Of a stretch of 24,322 nucleotides of DNA, positions 15,737-23,527 are shown piece after piece (positions within the stretch are counted from its first letter, which is position 1; each line of letters starts with the position of its first letter). The notes beneath the pieces were generated by a model. The model saw only the letters and a program-made list of their open reading frames with translations. It was not told the DNA's origin and did not search any database. The DNA is from Bryobacteraceae bacterium (GTDB lineage Bacteria; Acidobacteriota; Terriglobia; Bryobacterales; Bryobacteraceae). The DNA lies in contig JAVKSW010000001.1 of NCBI GenBank assembly GCA_039583505.1, positions 1 through 24,322 of the forward strand, in the 5' to 3' direction. The position numbers were made by a program, and so were the translations under genes.

Positions 15737-16519
15737 GTGTCCTCGCCCTTGAACTTTCATCTCGAGCAATATGAGGGCCCGCTGGACTTGTTGCTCGATC
15801 TGATCCGGAAGCAGGAAATTAACATCTACGACATTCCAATTTCCCGGATTACGTCGCAATACCTCGACTATATGCAAAGGGCGATGGAGTTGGATATTGA
15901 ACTGAGCTCCGACTTCGTCTACATGGCGGCAACACTCATTCACATCAAAAGCAGGCTATTGCTTCCCCGCGATCCTGAGCTCGACAAGATCTCGCCGGAA
16001 GAAGATCCTCGCAAGGAATTAGTCGACCGCCTCATCGAGCACGAGCGCTTTAAAAATGCCGCCGAGATGCTGCAGCAGAAACGAGTCGTCGAAGAAGCCA
16101 TGTGGTCCAACCCGCAAATCGAGCGCTTCTTCTCCGAAGATCAGGGACCAGAGCTCGCGGTTACCGTGTTCGACCTGGTGCAGACGTTTCAAAGCGTTCT
16201 CGAACGTGTTAAGAACCGCCCCGTGTATGAGGTCGGCAAAGAAGACGTCAGCGTGCCCGATATGATTCTGTTCCTACGTGGCGAGCTCGAACGATCGCGA
16301 CGGGACTCTCTCTCCGCCACGCAACTATTTGAACGGCAACGCAGCCGCCGTGCCATGATTTGCCTGTTTCTTGCGATCCTCGAGCTGGTCAAGTGTGAAA
16401 CAGCCGAACTCGTACAAGGCGAGGCGTTCGGCGATATCCGGCTCCGTCGCGGTCCCCGCTTTGAGGATGCGGTTGATCGGGTGGAAGATCTGGCGGCTGT
16501 TGAACAGGAATATCACTGA
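15737..16519 (+). CDS. scpA: Segregation and condensation protein A (SMC kleisin)
   Basis: YEGPLDLLLDLI..QEINIYDIPI..IT.QYL, AATLIHIKSRLLLP and FLAILEL C-terminal winged helix. Confidence 0.95.
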   Translation: MSSPLNFHLEQYEGPLDLLLDLIRKQEINIYDIPISRITSQYLDYMQRAMELDIELSSDFVYMAATLIHIKSRLLLPRDPELDKISPEEDPRKELVDRLIEHERFKNAAEMLQQKRVVEEAMWSNPQIERFFSEDQGPELAVTVFDLVQTFQSVLERVKNRPVYEVGKEDVSVPDMILFLRGELERSRRDSLSATQLFERQRSRRAMICLFLAILELVKCETAELVQGEAFGDIRLRRGPRFEDAVDRVEDLAAVEQEYH

Positions 16520-16527
16520 TAAGCAGC

Positions 16528-17250
16528 ATGGAAGAAGTAGAACAGCCGGCCGAGATATTTATCGCGGAAACCGTCGCTGACTCCGCACCCGCGATCGACC
16601 CATCGGCGACTCTGAAGGCGGTCATCGAAGCAGCCATCTACGTTACGGACGAGCCGCTGACGACAAACCAAATCGCGTCCGCGCTTGATGAACCCATCGA
16701 GCGCGTCAAGGAAATCCTGAATCGATTGGTCACCGAGTACTCGGCGCCCGATCGCGGGTTATCCGTTCGGGAGCTTGCGGGCGGATACAAGATGGCGACC
16801 AAGCCTGAGCACCACGAGTCGATTCGCCGTTTCGTCACAAAGCTGCAACCGTCAGTCAAATTGTCGATGGCTGCCTTAGAGACCCTGGCGGTTATCGCCT
16901 ACAAGCAACCGATTACCGCACCCGAAATTATGGAGATCCGCGGCGTGCAAGGCGCAGGCGTGCTGAAGACACTCCTTGATCGTCAGTTGATCGCAACGGC
17001 CGGCAGAAAGAACGTGCTTGGGAAGCCGATCATGTACAAGACGACGCGCGAGTTTCTGGTGCACTTCGGGCTGAGCTCGCTCGCTGAATTGCCCAGCCTT
17101 AAGGAGTTCGAAGAGATCCGGCGCTTCGCTTTGAGCGAATCGGAAGAAGAGACATCACCGCTGGAACCCGGGCAAGTCACCCAAGAGCAGTCTGCTTCGC
17201 AAGAGTCGGCGGAGACTGCGGGAACAGAAACGCACCAAGCCGATGCGTGA
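16528..17250 (+). CDS. scpB: Segregation and condensation protein B (SMC kite subunit)
   Basis: IEAAIYV, LSMAALETLAVIAYKQPIT..EI.EIRGV, G.P.MY.TT.EFL.HFGL..L.ELP. Acidic C-terminal tail. Confidence 0.95.
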   Translation: MEEVEQPAEIFIAETVADSAPAIDPSATLKAVIEAAIYVTDEPLTTNQIASALDEPIERVKEILNRLVTEYSAPDRGLSVRELAGGYKMATKPEHHESIRRFVTKLQPSVKLSMAALETLAVIAYKQPITAPEIMEIRGVQGAGVLKTLLDRQLIATAGRKNVLGKPIMYKTTREFLVHFGLSSLAELPSLKEFEEIRRFALSESEEETSPLEPGQVTQEQSASQESAETAGTETHQADA

Positions 17251-18037
17251 GGAGCGGCTGCAGAAAATTCTCGCGCATGCCGGCGTCGCCAGCCGTCGAA
17301 AGGCGGAGGACCTCATTGTCGCCGGCCGAGTTTCAGTGAACGGCAAGACTGTCACGGAGCTGGGCTCGAAGGCAGATTTGTCCGTCGATAAAGTGAAAGT
17401 AGACGGACGGGTGCTGAGCGAGCCCAAGCACCATCTGTATGTCGCTCTGAACAAGCCGAAGAATTGCGTGAGCACGGTGCGAGATCCACAGGGCCGCGAA
17501 ACGGTGATGTCGTTTTTCAAAGGACTCCACGATCGCCTTTACCCCGTAGGACGGCTCGATTACGCCAGTGAAGGACTGTTGCTGTTGACCAATGACGGTA
17601 AGCTGGCCAATAAGCTCATGTCGCCGGCCAGCCACGTCACTAAAACATATCTTGCCAAGGTGAATGGCGGACTCACACCCGACCAGGAAGAAGAATTTCG
17701 CCGCGGGATCCCCATGCATGGCCGACGGACGGCGCCGGCCGGGCTGAAGCTGATCCGGAAAGCTGTGAATCCTTGGTACGAAGTACGGCTGGTCGAAGGC
17801 CGTCAGAACCAGGTCCGCATCATGTTTAAGCATTTCGGCCGGTTGGTCGAAAAGCTAAAGCGAGTGAAAATCGGATTTCTCGAGCTCGGAGATCTGAAGC
17901 CTGGCGCATACCGCACCCTAACCAAAGCAGAAGTAGAGCGTTTCCGTAAACTCTTACACCTCGATGATGGAAACACGAACGAACACTCAAAGCACAACGG
18001 CTCAAGAGAGGAAGCGACGGTCAATGATGAGTCATAG
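17243..18037 (+). CDS. rluB: 23S rRNA pseudouridine synthase, RsuA/RluB family
   Basis: S4 domain (ERLQKILAHAGVASRRKAEDLI..GRVSVNG), catalytic VGRLD and SEGLLLLTNDG. It overlaps the scpB stop by 8 bp, in the well-known scpA-scpB-rluB order. Confidence 0.9.
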   Translation: MREERLQKILAHAGVASRRKAEDLIVAGRVSVNGKTVTELGSKADLSVDKVKVDGRVLSEPKHHLYVALNKPKNCVSTVRDPQGRETVMSFFKGLHDRLYPVGRLDYASEGLLLLTNDGKLANKLMSPASHVTKTYLAKVNGGLTPDQEEEFRRGIPMHGRRTAPAGLKLIRKAVNPWYEVRLVEGRQNQVRIMFKHFGRLVEKLKRVKIGFLELGDLKPGAYRTLTKAEVERFRKLLHLDDGNTNEHSKHNGSREEATVNDES

Positions 18038-18428
18038 AGAGCTCACCGATCTGCTGAAAGCCTCCAAGACTGTTGCGGTCGTCGGGCTGTCCAATAACCG
18101 CATGCGCGCCAGCTTCGGTGTCTCTCGATTTCTGCAGCGGCAAGGTTATCGCGTCATCCCCGTCAATCCGCATGAGACGGAGGTTCTGGGCGAGCGCGCT
18201 TACCCAACTGTCAAAGACGTGCCGGAAAACGTCGATATAGTCGATATTTTTCGCCGTTCTTCTGCCGTTCCCGAGATTGTCGAAAGTGCGCTCGAAAAAC
18301 CCGGGGTTCGTTGTATCTGGATGCAAGAAGGAGTCGTGAACCACGAAGCTGCCGCAAGAGCGCAAAGCGCCGGCATCCACGTTGTCATGGACAAATGCAT
18401 TCTAAAGGAACTGGCGCGCCTCCTCTGA
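18024..18428 (+). CDS. CoA-binding protein (YccU-like, CoA_binding_2)
   Basis: TVAVVGLS, YRVIPVNP, VDIVDIFRR and IWMQEGV...C. The start is ATG 18024 or 18027 after GAGGAAG. Confidence 0.9.
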   Translation: MMSHRELTDLLKASKTVAVVGLSNNRMRASFGVSRFLQRQGYRVIPVNPHETEVLGERAYPTVKDVPENVDIVDIFRRSSAVPEIVESALEKPGVRCIWMQEGVVNHEAAARAQSAGIHVVMDKCILKELARLL

Positions 18429-18440
18429 GCAAGTAAGTCC

Positions 18441-19739
18441 ATGCGCACGGCCGCAATAAGGATTAGTTCGCTGTCCTTGCTGCTCGGCTTCCTCCTCGGA
18501 TTCGCGGGCTGTGGCAAAGATTCGAGCGACGTGCTCGGTCAGGCATACGTTGCGCCCGCATCGCTTAACCTACGGCGCGAGCTGACGCAAAAGAATAGTT
18601 CGGTAGCCGTGTTGAAGCACGGAGAGCGCGTCAGCATCATCGATATTCACCGCCGCTTTGTCAAAATTCGTACCGTCCAGGGTGACGAGGGATGGGTCGA
18701 CTCATTGCAACTCCTCAGCCCTGAGCAGATGGATCAAATCCGGCGCGAGACTCAGCAAGCTCTCGCTATGCCGTCGGAAGGCTCGGCAAGCGTGTACGAA
18801 GCTCTCAACGTGCACCTCGAACCTAGTCGGCAATCACCCGCATTCGTAAGAATTCCGGAAGGCGGCTCGGTGACCGTCCTGGCGCATCGCCTCGAACCGC
18901 GGAAGAACACTCCCTCTAAATCAGATCTCTTCGCCCCCGAGCGGCCACAACAGCTTTCGCGGCGGCAAAGAAGGCAACGTGAAGCCAAGAATACCAATCG
19001 ATTCCTTCCGCCTTTTCCGCCGCCACCTAAGCCTCCCGCGAATTGGCAGGAACTTTCGGCTGAGCGGATTGAGCCCGGCAACGAGAGTATTGCCGATCTC
19101 AAAGCGCGAAAAGACCAGGAAACGGCTGAGAAGAAAACCACGGAGCTGAAGAAACCCGTCATCCTGGAGGACTGGAGCTTGGTTCGCACCAAGGATAATC
19201 AGTGCGGCTGGGTTCTCTCGCGGAATCTAGTCATGTCGATTCCAGATGAAGTTGCCCAATACGCAGAGGGCAAACGAATCACCTCCTATTTCGATCTCGG
19301 AGCCGTTCAAGATGACAAGAAGGGAGTGAAACACCACTGGTTGTGGACTACCGCCTCGGCGCTTGAACCATTTGATTACGACGCTTGGCGTGTGTTTATC
19401 TGGAACCGCCGCCGTCATCGCTATGAGACTTCGTACCGGCAGCGCGACGTAGAAGGCTATTTTCCCGTTCACGTTGATGCGCCCGAGTCGAACACTCTCG
19501 AGCGCACGTTCGAGCTGGTCATGAAAGACGATGACGGGAAACTTCGGCGGCGCACTTATTCCTTCGATGGCGTTCGCGTTCATCTGGCCGGCACCGAAAA
19601 TTACCAGCCTGGAGCTTCGAGCGGCCAAAACAAACCAGGCGCGCTGGATACCACCAAACTACAAGCCAAGCTGCCCCGGGAAGGCTGGTTCCGCCGCAAT
19701 TGGAAGACGCTGAAGCGCCGGATTTTCGGAACCAGCTAG
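18441..19739 (+). CDS. SH3b-domain putative lipoprotein
   Basis: Hydrophobic signal ending in lipobox-like FAG-C. The first SH3b has LNLRRE...LKHGERVSII..HRRFVKIRT..GDEGWV. A second SH3b-like unit follows, then a beta-rich C-terminal domain. Confidence 0.75.
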   Translation: MRTAAIRISSLSLLLGFLLGFAGCGKDSSDVLGQAYVAPASLNLRRELTQKNSSVAVLKHGERVSIIDIHRRFVKIRTVQGDEGWVDSLQLLSPEQMDQIRRETQQALAMPSEGSASVYEALNVHLEPSRQSPAFVRIPEGGSVTVLAHRLEPRKNTPSKSDLFAPERPQQLSRRQRRQREAKNTNRFLPPFPPPPKPPANWQELSAERIEPGNESIADLKARKDQETAEKKTTELKKPVILEDWSLVRTKDNQCGWVLSRNLVMSIPDEVAQYAEGKRITSYFDLGAVQDDKKGVKHHWLWTTASALEPFDYDAWRVFIWNRRRHRYETSYRQRDVEGYFPVHVDAPESNTLERTFELVMKDDDGKLRRRTYSFDGVRVHLAGTENYQPGASSGQNKPGALDTTKLQAKLPREGWFRRNWKTLKRRIFGTS

Positions 19740-20512
19740 GTCTCTTCGATCCTGCCGGCGACCTCCACTTTGTCCATGGCGAGAAACTGCTGCACGTGCG
19801 GATGTTTGCAGTTATCCAACTCAGAAACCCGGCCAAAGTAGATCGCCTTTCCTTTATAGAGGAACACGACGGAATCGGCCACCTTGTACATTAGATCCAA
19901 ATCGTGCGTAACAACGATTGCGGTCAGCCCCAATTGCCGCTTCAGCCGCAACATAAGATTGCCGAGATCATCGGACATGATCGGGTCCACCATAGTGGTC
20001 GGCTCGTCATATAAAATGCACTCCGGCTGGGCGGCCAAAGCACGCGCAATCGCAACCGCTCGCTTATACCCCGTCGATAGATCGCCTGGAAACAGATCCC
20101 TCACGTGGCGGAGATCCACCATATCCAGCAAGCCATTCACGACGTCTTCTTTGTTCTGCTCGTTATAATCGTCGCGAAGTTCCAGGGAGAACAGGATGTT
20201 TTCACCAACCGTCAGCGAATCGAAGAGCGCACCCGACTGGAATACCATGGTCACTTTCTTGCGGATGCGTCTCAACTCCGCCTCCGGCATATTGGTGATG
20301 TCCATGTGCGAGACAATCACCTCGCCCTTGTCGGGCTTGATAAAGCCCATGATGTGGCTGAGCGTCACCGATTTGCCGACGCCACTGCGACCAATGATCG
20401 CCAGCGTCTGCCCCGGATCTACGTAGAAACTGACGTCGATCAAAACCGGATGGTCGAAACTCTTGCTGACGTCGCGGAATTCTACGTAGTGCGGATATCC
20501 CTCAGTTGGCAT
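19736..20512 (-). CDS. ABC transporter ATP-binding protein, MlaF/Mkl-like
   Basis: Walker A GRSGVGKS, Q-loop VFQSGALFDS, variant signature LSTGY, Walker B ILYDEPT and H-loop VTHD. The start is uncertain (20512, 20521 or 20545). Confidence 0.85.
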   Translation of the reverse strand: MPTEGYPHYVEFRDVSKSFDHPVLIDVSFYVDPGQTLAIIGRSGVGKSVTLSHIMGFIKPDKGEVIVSHMDITNMPEAELRRIRKKVTMVFQSGALFDSLTVGENILFSLELRDDYNEQNKEDVVNGLLDMVDLRHVRDLFPGDLSTGYKRAVAIARALAAQPECILYDEPTTMVDPIMSDDLGNLMLRLKRQLGLTAIVVTHDLDLMYKVADSVVFLYKGKAIYFGRVSELDNCKHPHVQQFLAMDKVEVAGRIEET

Positions 20513-21054
20513 ACGTTCCATTCTTCGGGCGTATTGACGTTCCAAATCACGCGATCGGCTTCGATCGTAACGGTACTGAGTTGATTGAGAAATTTAAATA
20601 ATTGCAACTGACCCGCATCGAGAGCCTCGCGCACTTTGGTCAAGCAGCTACTTCTGTATACCGCGCATAGTGGATGCACAGTACCGTCGACCTCCCGAGC
20701 CACGACGCATTCAGCCCCGCTCGCGTCAGCCTCGTGCAGCAAGCGGGCCAACAATGTGCTCTCCAGGCCAGGCATGTCGCAGGCAACGACCAGATTCAGC
20801 TCGCCTCGTTGACTTTGGAGTGCAGCCTCGAGCCCGGCCAAAGGCCCCAAGCCCGGACGCAAATCCGGCAAGCAATCGAATCCCAGATGCGAATAGCGCC
20901 GCGGATCACCGACGAGAGCCACATTACCGGCGGCGGATGCTACCCCGCTCGCTACTTCCTCGACCAGCGAACTGGAATGCCATGGCAGAAGAGCCTTATC
21001 CCGGCGCATGCGCAAGCTACGGCCGCCCACCAGCACGAACCCGGCCATGCGCAT
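20482..21054 (-). CDS. mobA: Molybdenum cofactor guanylyltransferase
   Basis: LVGGRSLRMRRDKA (variant of LAGGxSxRMGxDKA), GPLAGL, VVACDMP and NVNTPEE. The likely start is ATG 21054. Confidence 0.85.
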   Translation of the reverse strand: MRMAGFVLVGGRSLRMRRDKALLPWHSSSLVEEVASGVASAAGNVALVGDPRRYSHLGFDCLPDLRPGLGPLAGLEAALQSQRGELNLVVACDMPGLESTLLARLLHEADASGAECVVAREVDGTVHPLCAVYRSSCLTKVREALDAGQLQLFKFLNQLSTVTIEADRVIWNVNTPEEWNVCQLRDIRTT

Positions 21055-21060
21055 GCCCAA

Positions 21061-21069
21061 ATAGTAGCA
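21061..21069 (-). promoter_or_regulatory. Extended -10 element (TGC-TACTAT) 6 nt before the mobA start codon
   Basis: The minus strand reads TGCTACTAT-TTGGGC-ATG, with no SD. Confidence 0.55.
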
Positions 21070-21090
21070 CCGGGAAGGCCGTTTTCCGGT

Positions 21091-21096
21091 TATAAT
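21091..21096 (+). promoter_or_regulatory. Consensus -10 (TATAAT) upstream of the amidase gene
   Basis: Perfect TATAAT ending 53 nt before ATG 21150. Confidence 0.45.
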
Positions 21097-21149
21097 GCGA
21101 ACAAACAAACTCTGTCTGTTTGTAAGTGCGCAGCCGCTGAGTCGATTTC

Positions 21150-22706
21150 ATGTTCCGCCTTCCCCATCGAATCGTTGCCTGCGCTATCGCCTTGACCCTG
21201 CTCTGCTCCGGTAATCTGCTCGCCCAGGTCCAATCTCGTGTCGAAGCCGTGCGTTATTGGTCTTTCGGGGATGTGACGCGCATCGCTGTTCAGACGGAAG
21301 GTGATTACACCTTAGCCTCGGACCAGATCGATAACCCGCATCGGGTCTATTTCGACCTGAACGGGCTGCGGCCGCCCGCTACGATGCATCGCGGAATGCA
21401 AACCATCCTCGTGCGGGATCGTTTGGTGCGGCAGATTCGAATCGCCGAAGTGAGTCCTGGGAGAACGCGGATTGTCTTCGACCTTGAGGGTGCCGTTGAG
21501 GTGAATTCGTCGCAGTTGGTGAATCCAGACCGCCTCATGATCGAGATCCGGCCGAAGGGGACGAGCATTCCCGCTTTGGCGCTCGTGCATAGCGTCACCG
21601 GATCTCAACGTGTCGACTTGTCTTCGAGCTTAAACACGACGGCGGCCGATATCGCGGCACTCCCGGCGGCAGGAAAAATTTCGGATTCGGAAAGCTCGGA
21701 GGAAACGCAGCCGCTCGAGGCCACTGTTCCCCCCCAAGGCCCATCCCCGCGCGTCACAACAATTCAGCGACCCGATGGTCTGATTGTGCAAAAGACGTAC
21801 CCAGCTCTGAGCACGACCTTGCCGCCGAGGACTACAAGCGTGGCCAGCGTCTCGCCAACGCCGGCGCCACGGCCTGCCATTCTTCCGGCGGCAAGCAAGG
21901 CGACCATCCCCGGGACTAGTCCCACAAGCAAAGTTGTCGGGGTAGCGGCGGCCGCCAAGCGTGACAGCAGCGGCGATCGTTCCTTAGTCCGCGTCTTCGG
22001 ATTGAAACTTGGCAAAGTCGTTATCGATCCGGGGCACGGCGGCCATGACACAGGAACTATCGGCCCCAATGGATTGATGGAGAAAGATCTGGTGTTGGAT
22101 GTGGCGCTCCGGTTGGGCAAATTAGTCTCCCAGCAATTGGGTGCGCAAGTCGTCTATACTCGTTCCGATGACACGTTCGTACCGCTCGAAGAGCGAACAC
22201 GTATGGCGAACGAAGAGAAGGCCGACCTGTTCATCTCCATTCACGCGAACTCGTCGCCGGAGCCAAGCGCAACCGGGGTCGAGACCTACTTCTTCAACCT
22301 CACTTCGGATAAGAGCGGCTTAGATCTGGCTACGCGCGAAAACGCGACGTCGGCCAGCTCGATTTCCGATCTCAACGACTTGCTTCACCGAGCCGTTTTG
22401 CAAACGAAGTTAGAGGAATCTCGTGAATTCGCGCAGCGAGTGCAGGCTTCGCTCTGGGTGAGTTCCGTGAAAATGAACAGCCGTTCGCGAGATCGCGGCG
22501 TACGGCAGGCGCCCTTCGTTGTTTTGATCGGGGCAACCATGCCGTCGATTCTGGCCGAGATCGGTTTCGTTTCGAATCCTCACGACGAGAGATTATTGCA
22601 GCGCTCAGATCAGCGGCAAAAGTTGGCGGAGGCTTTGTTCAAGGGAGTTTCGCAGTATGCGAGTTCTCTCAGCCACGTTCAAATGGCGCGCACGGCCGGG
22701 CAGTAG
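21150..22706 (+). CDS. N-acetylmuramoyl-L-alanine amidase (signal peptide + AMIN + Pro/Ser/Thr linker + Amidase_3), AmiC-like
   Basis: Signal peptide and AMIN-like region (RVYFDL...VRQIRI......TRIVFDL). Zn ligands are in IDPGHGG, EKDLVL and SIHANS, with catalytic Glu in ILAEIGF. Confidence 0.93.
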   Translation: MFRLPHRIVACAIALTLLCSGNLLAQVQSRVEAVRYWSFGDVTRIAVQTEGDYTLASDQIDNPHRVYFDLNGLRPPATMHRGMQTILVRDRLVRQIRIAEVSPGRTRIVFDLEGAVEVNSSQLVNPDRLMIEIRPKGTSIPALALVHSVTGSQRVDLSSSLNTTAADIAALPAAGKISDSESSEETQPLEATVPPQGPSPRVTTIQRPDGLIVQKTYPALSTTLPPRTTSVASVSPTPAPRPAILPAASKATIPGTSPTSKVVGVAAAAKRDSSGDRSLVRVFGLKLGKVVIDPGHGGHDTGTIGPNGLMEKDLVLDVALRLGKLVSQQLGAQVVYTRSDDTFVPLEERTRMANEEKADLFISIHANSSPEPSATGVETYFFNLTSDKSGLDLATRENATSASSISDLNDLLHRAVLQTKLEESREFAQRVQASLWVSSVKMNSRSRDRGVRQAPFVVLIGATMPSILAEIGFVSNPHDERLLQRSDQRQKLAEALFKGVSQYASSLSHVQMARTAGQ

Positions 22707-22711
22707 CCCTG

Positions 22712-23509
22712 CTAGCCTGAACGCTCGCGGCTAATCCCTCGTTTGCTGCGTTTGATGAAATTCACTAAATGTTGCGTGTGCTCGGATGGCACTTCGGCCT
22801 GAATGCGAACGAGCGCTTCGTCCAGCTTCAACCCCGTTCGATACAGGAGTCTGTAGGCCTGTTTCAGCAACCCGATTTCATGCGGCTTCAAACCAGCGCG
22901 CCGTAATCCGACAAGGTTCAGACCTTCCGGCTCTACATCGAAACCGGAGTACAGGAAGTAAGGCGGCACATCGCGATTCACTCGCGTATTCCCGCCAACC
23001 ATCGCCAGACGGCCGATTTTCGAATACTGATGAACAACGACTCCGCCGGAGATGAAGGCTTGGTCTTCAATTTCGACATAACCGGCTATCAATGCGCAAC
23101 TCGCCACGACAATGTTGTCACTCAGAACGCAGTTGTGCGCGATGTGCCCTGAAGTCATGATGTAGTTTTCACTGCCGATGCGCGTTTCCGATTCTGGCTG
23201 CGTGCCGCGAGAAATCGTGTAGTGCTCGCGTACCTTGTTCCGATTGCCGATCACCAGGTAACTGCGCTCGCCCGTAAACGCTCTATCGAGCGGATCGGTG
23301 CCGAGCACGGTACCAGCCGAGATCTCGTTCTCATCGCCGATCGTGGTCCAGCGTTTCACGTAAACATAGGGTTCCAACCGACAGCGTACCCCGATGACGA
23401 CGTCCTGTTCAATGACGCAGAACTCACCGATGCGTGTCCCTTCGCCCACCACTGCCTCAGGATCCACACGCGCGGTGGGCGCAACCTGGGCTGATCGATC
23501 AATCGCCAT
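22712..23509 (-). CDS. lpxA: LpxA-like acyl-ACP acyltransferase (left-handed beta-helix) with divergent acceptor site
   Basis: Hexapeptide repeats and full-length colinearity with LpxA: RE..TI.RGT, HIAHNC, VHQ, DVPP, GLN.VGLRR.G and the helical C-terminal domain. Confidence 0.8.
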   Translation of the reverse strand: MAIDRSAQVAPTARVDPEAVVGEGTRIGEFCVIEQDVVIGVRCRLEPYVYVKRWTTIGDENEISAGTVLGTDPLDRAFTGERSYLVIGNRNKVREHYTISRGTQPESETRIGSENYIMTSGHIAHNCVLSDNIVVASCALIAGYVEIEDQAFISGGVVVHQYSKIGRLAMVGGNTRVNRDVPPYFLYSGFDVEPEGLNLVGLRRAGLKPHEIGLLKQAYRLLYRTGLKLDEALVRIQAEVPSEHTQHLVNFIKRSKRGISRERSG

Positions 23510-23527
23510 ACATGTTAAGTATGTGAG

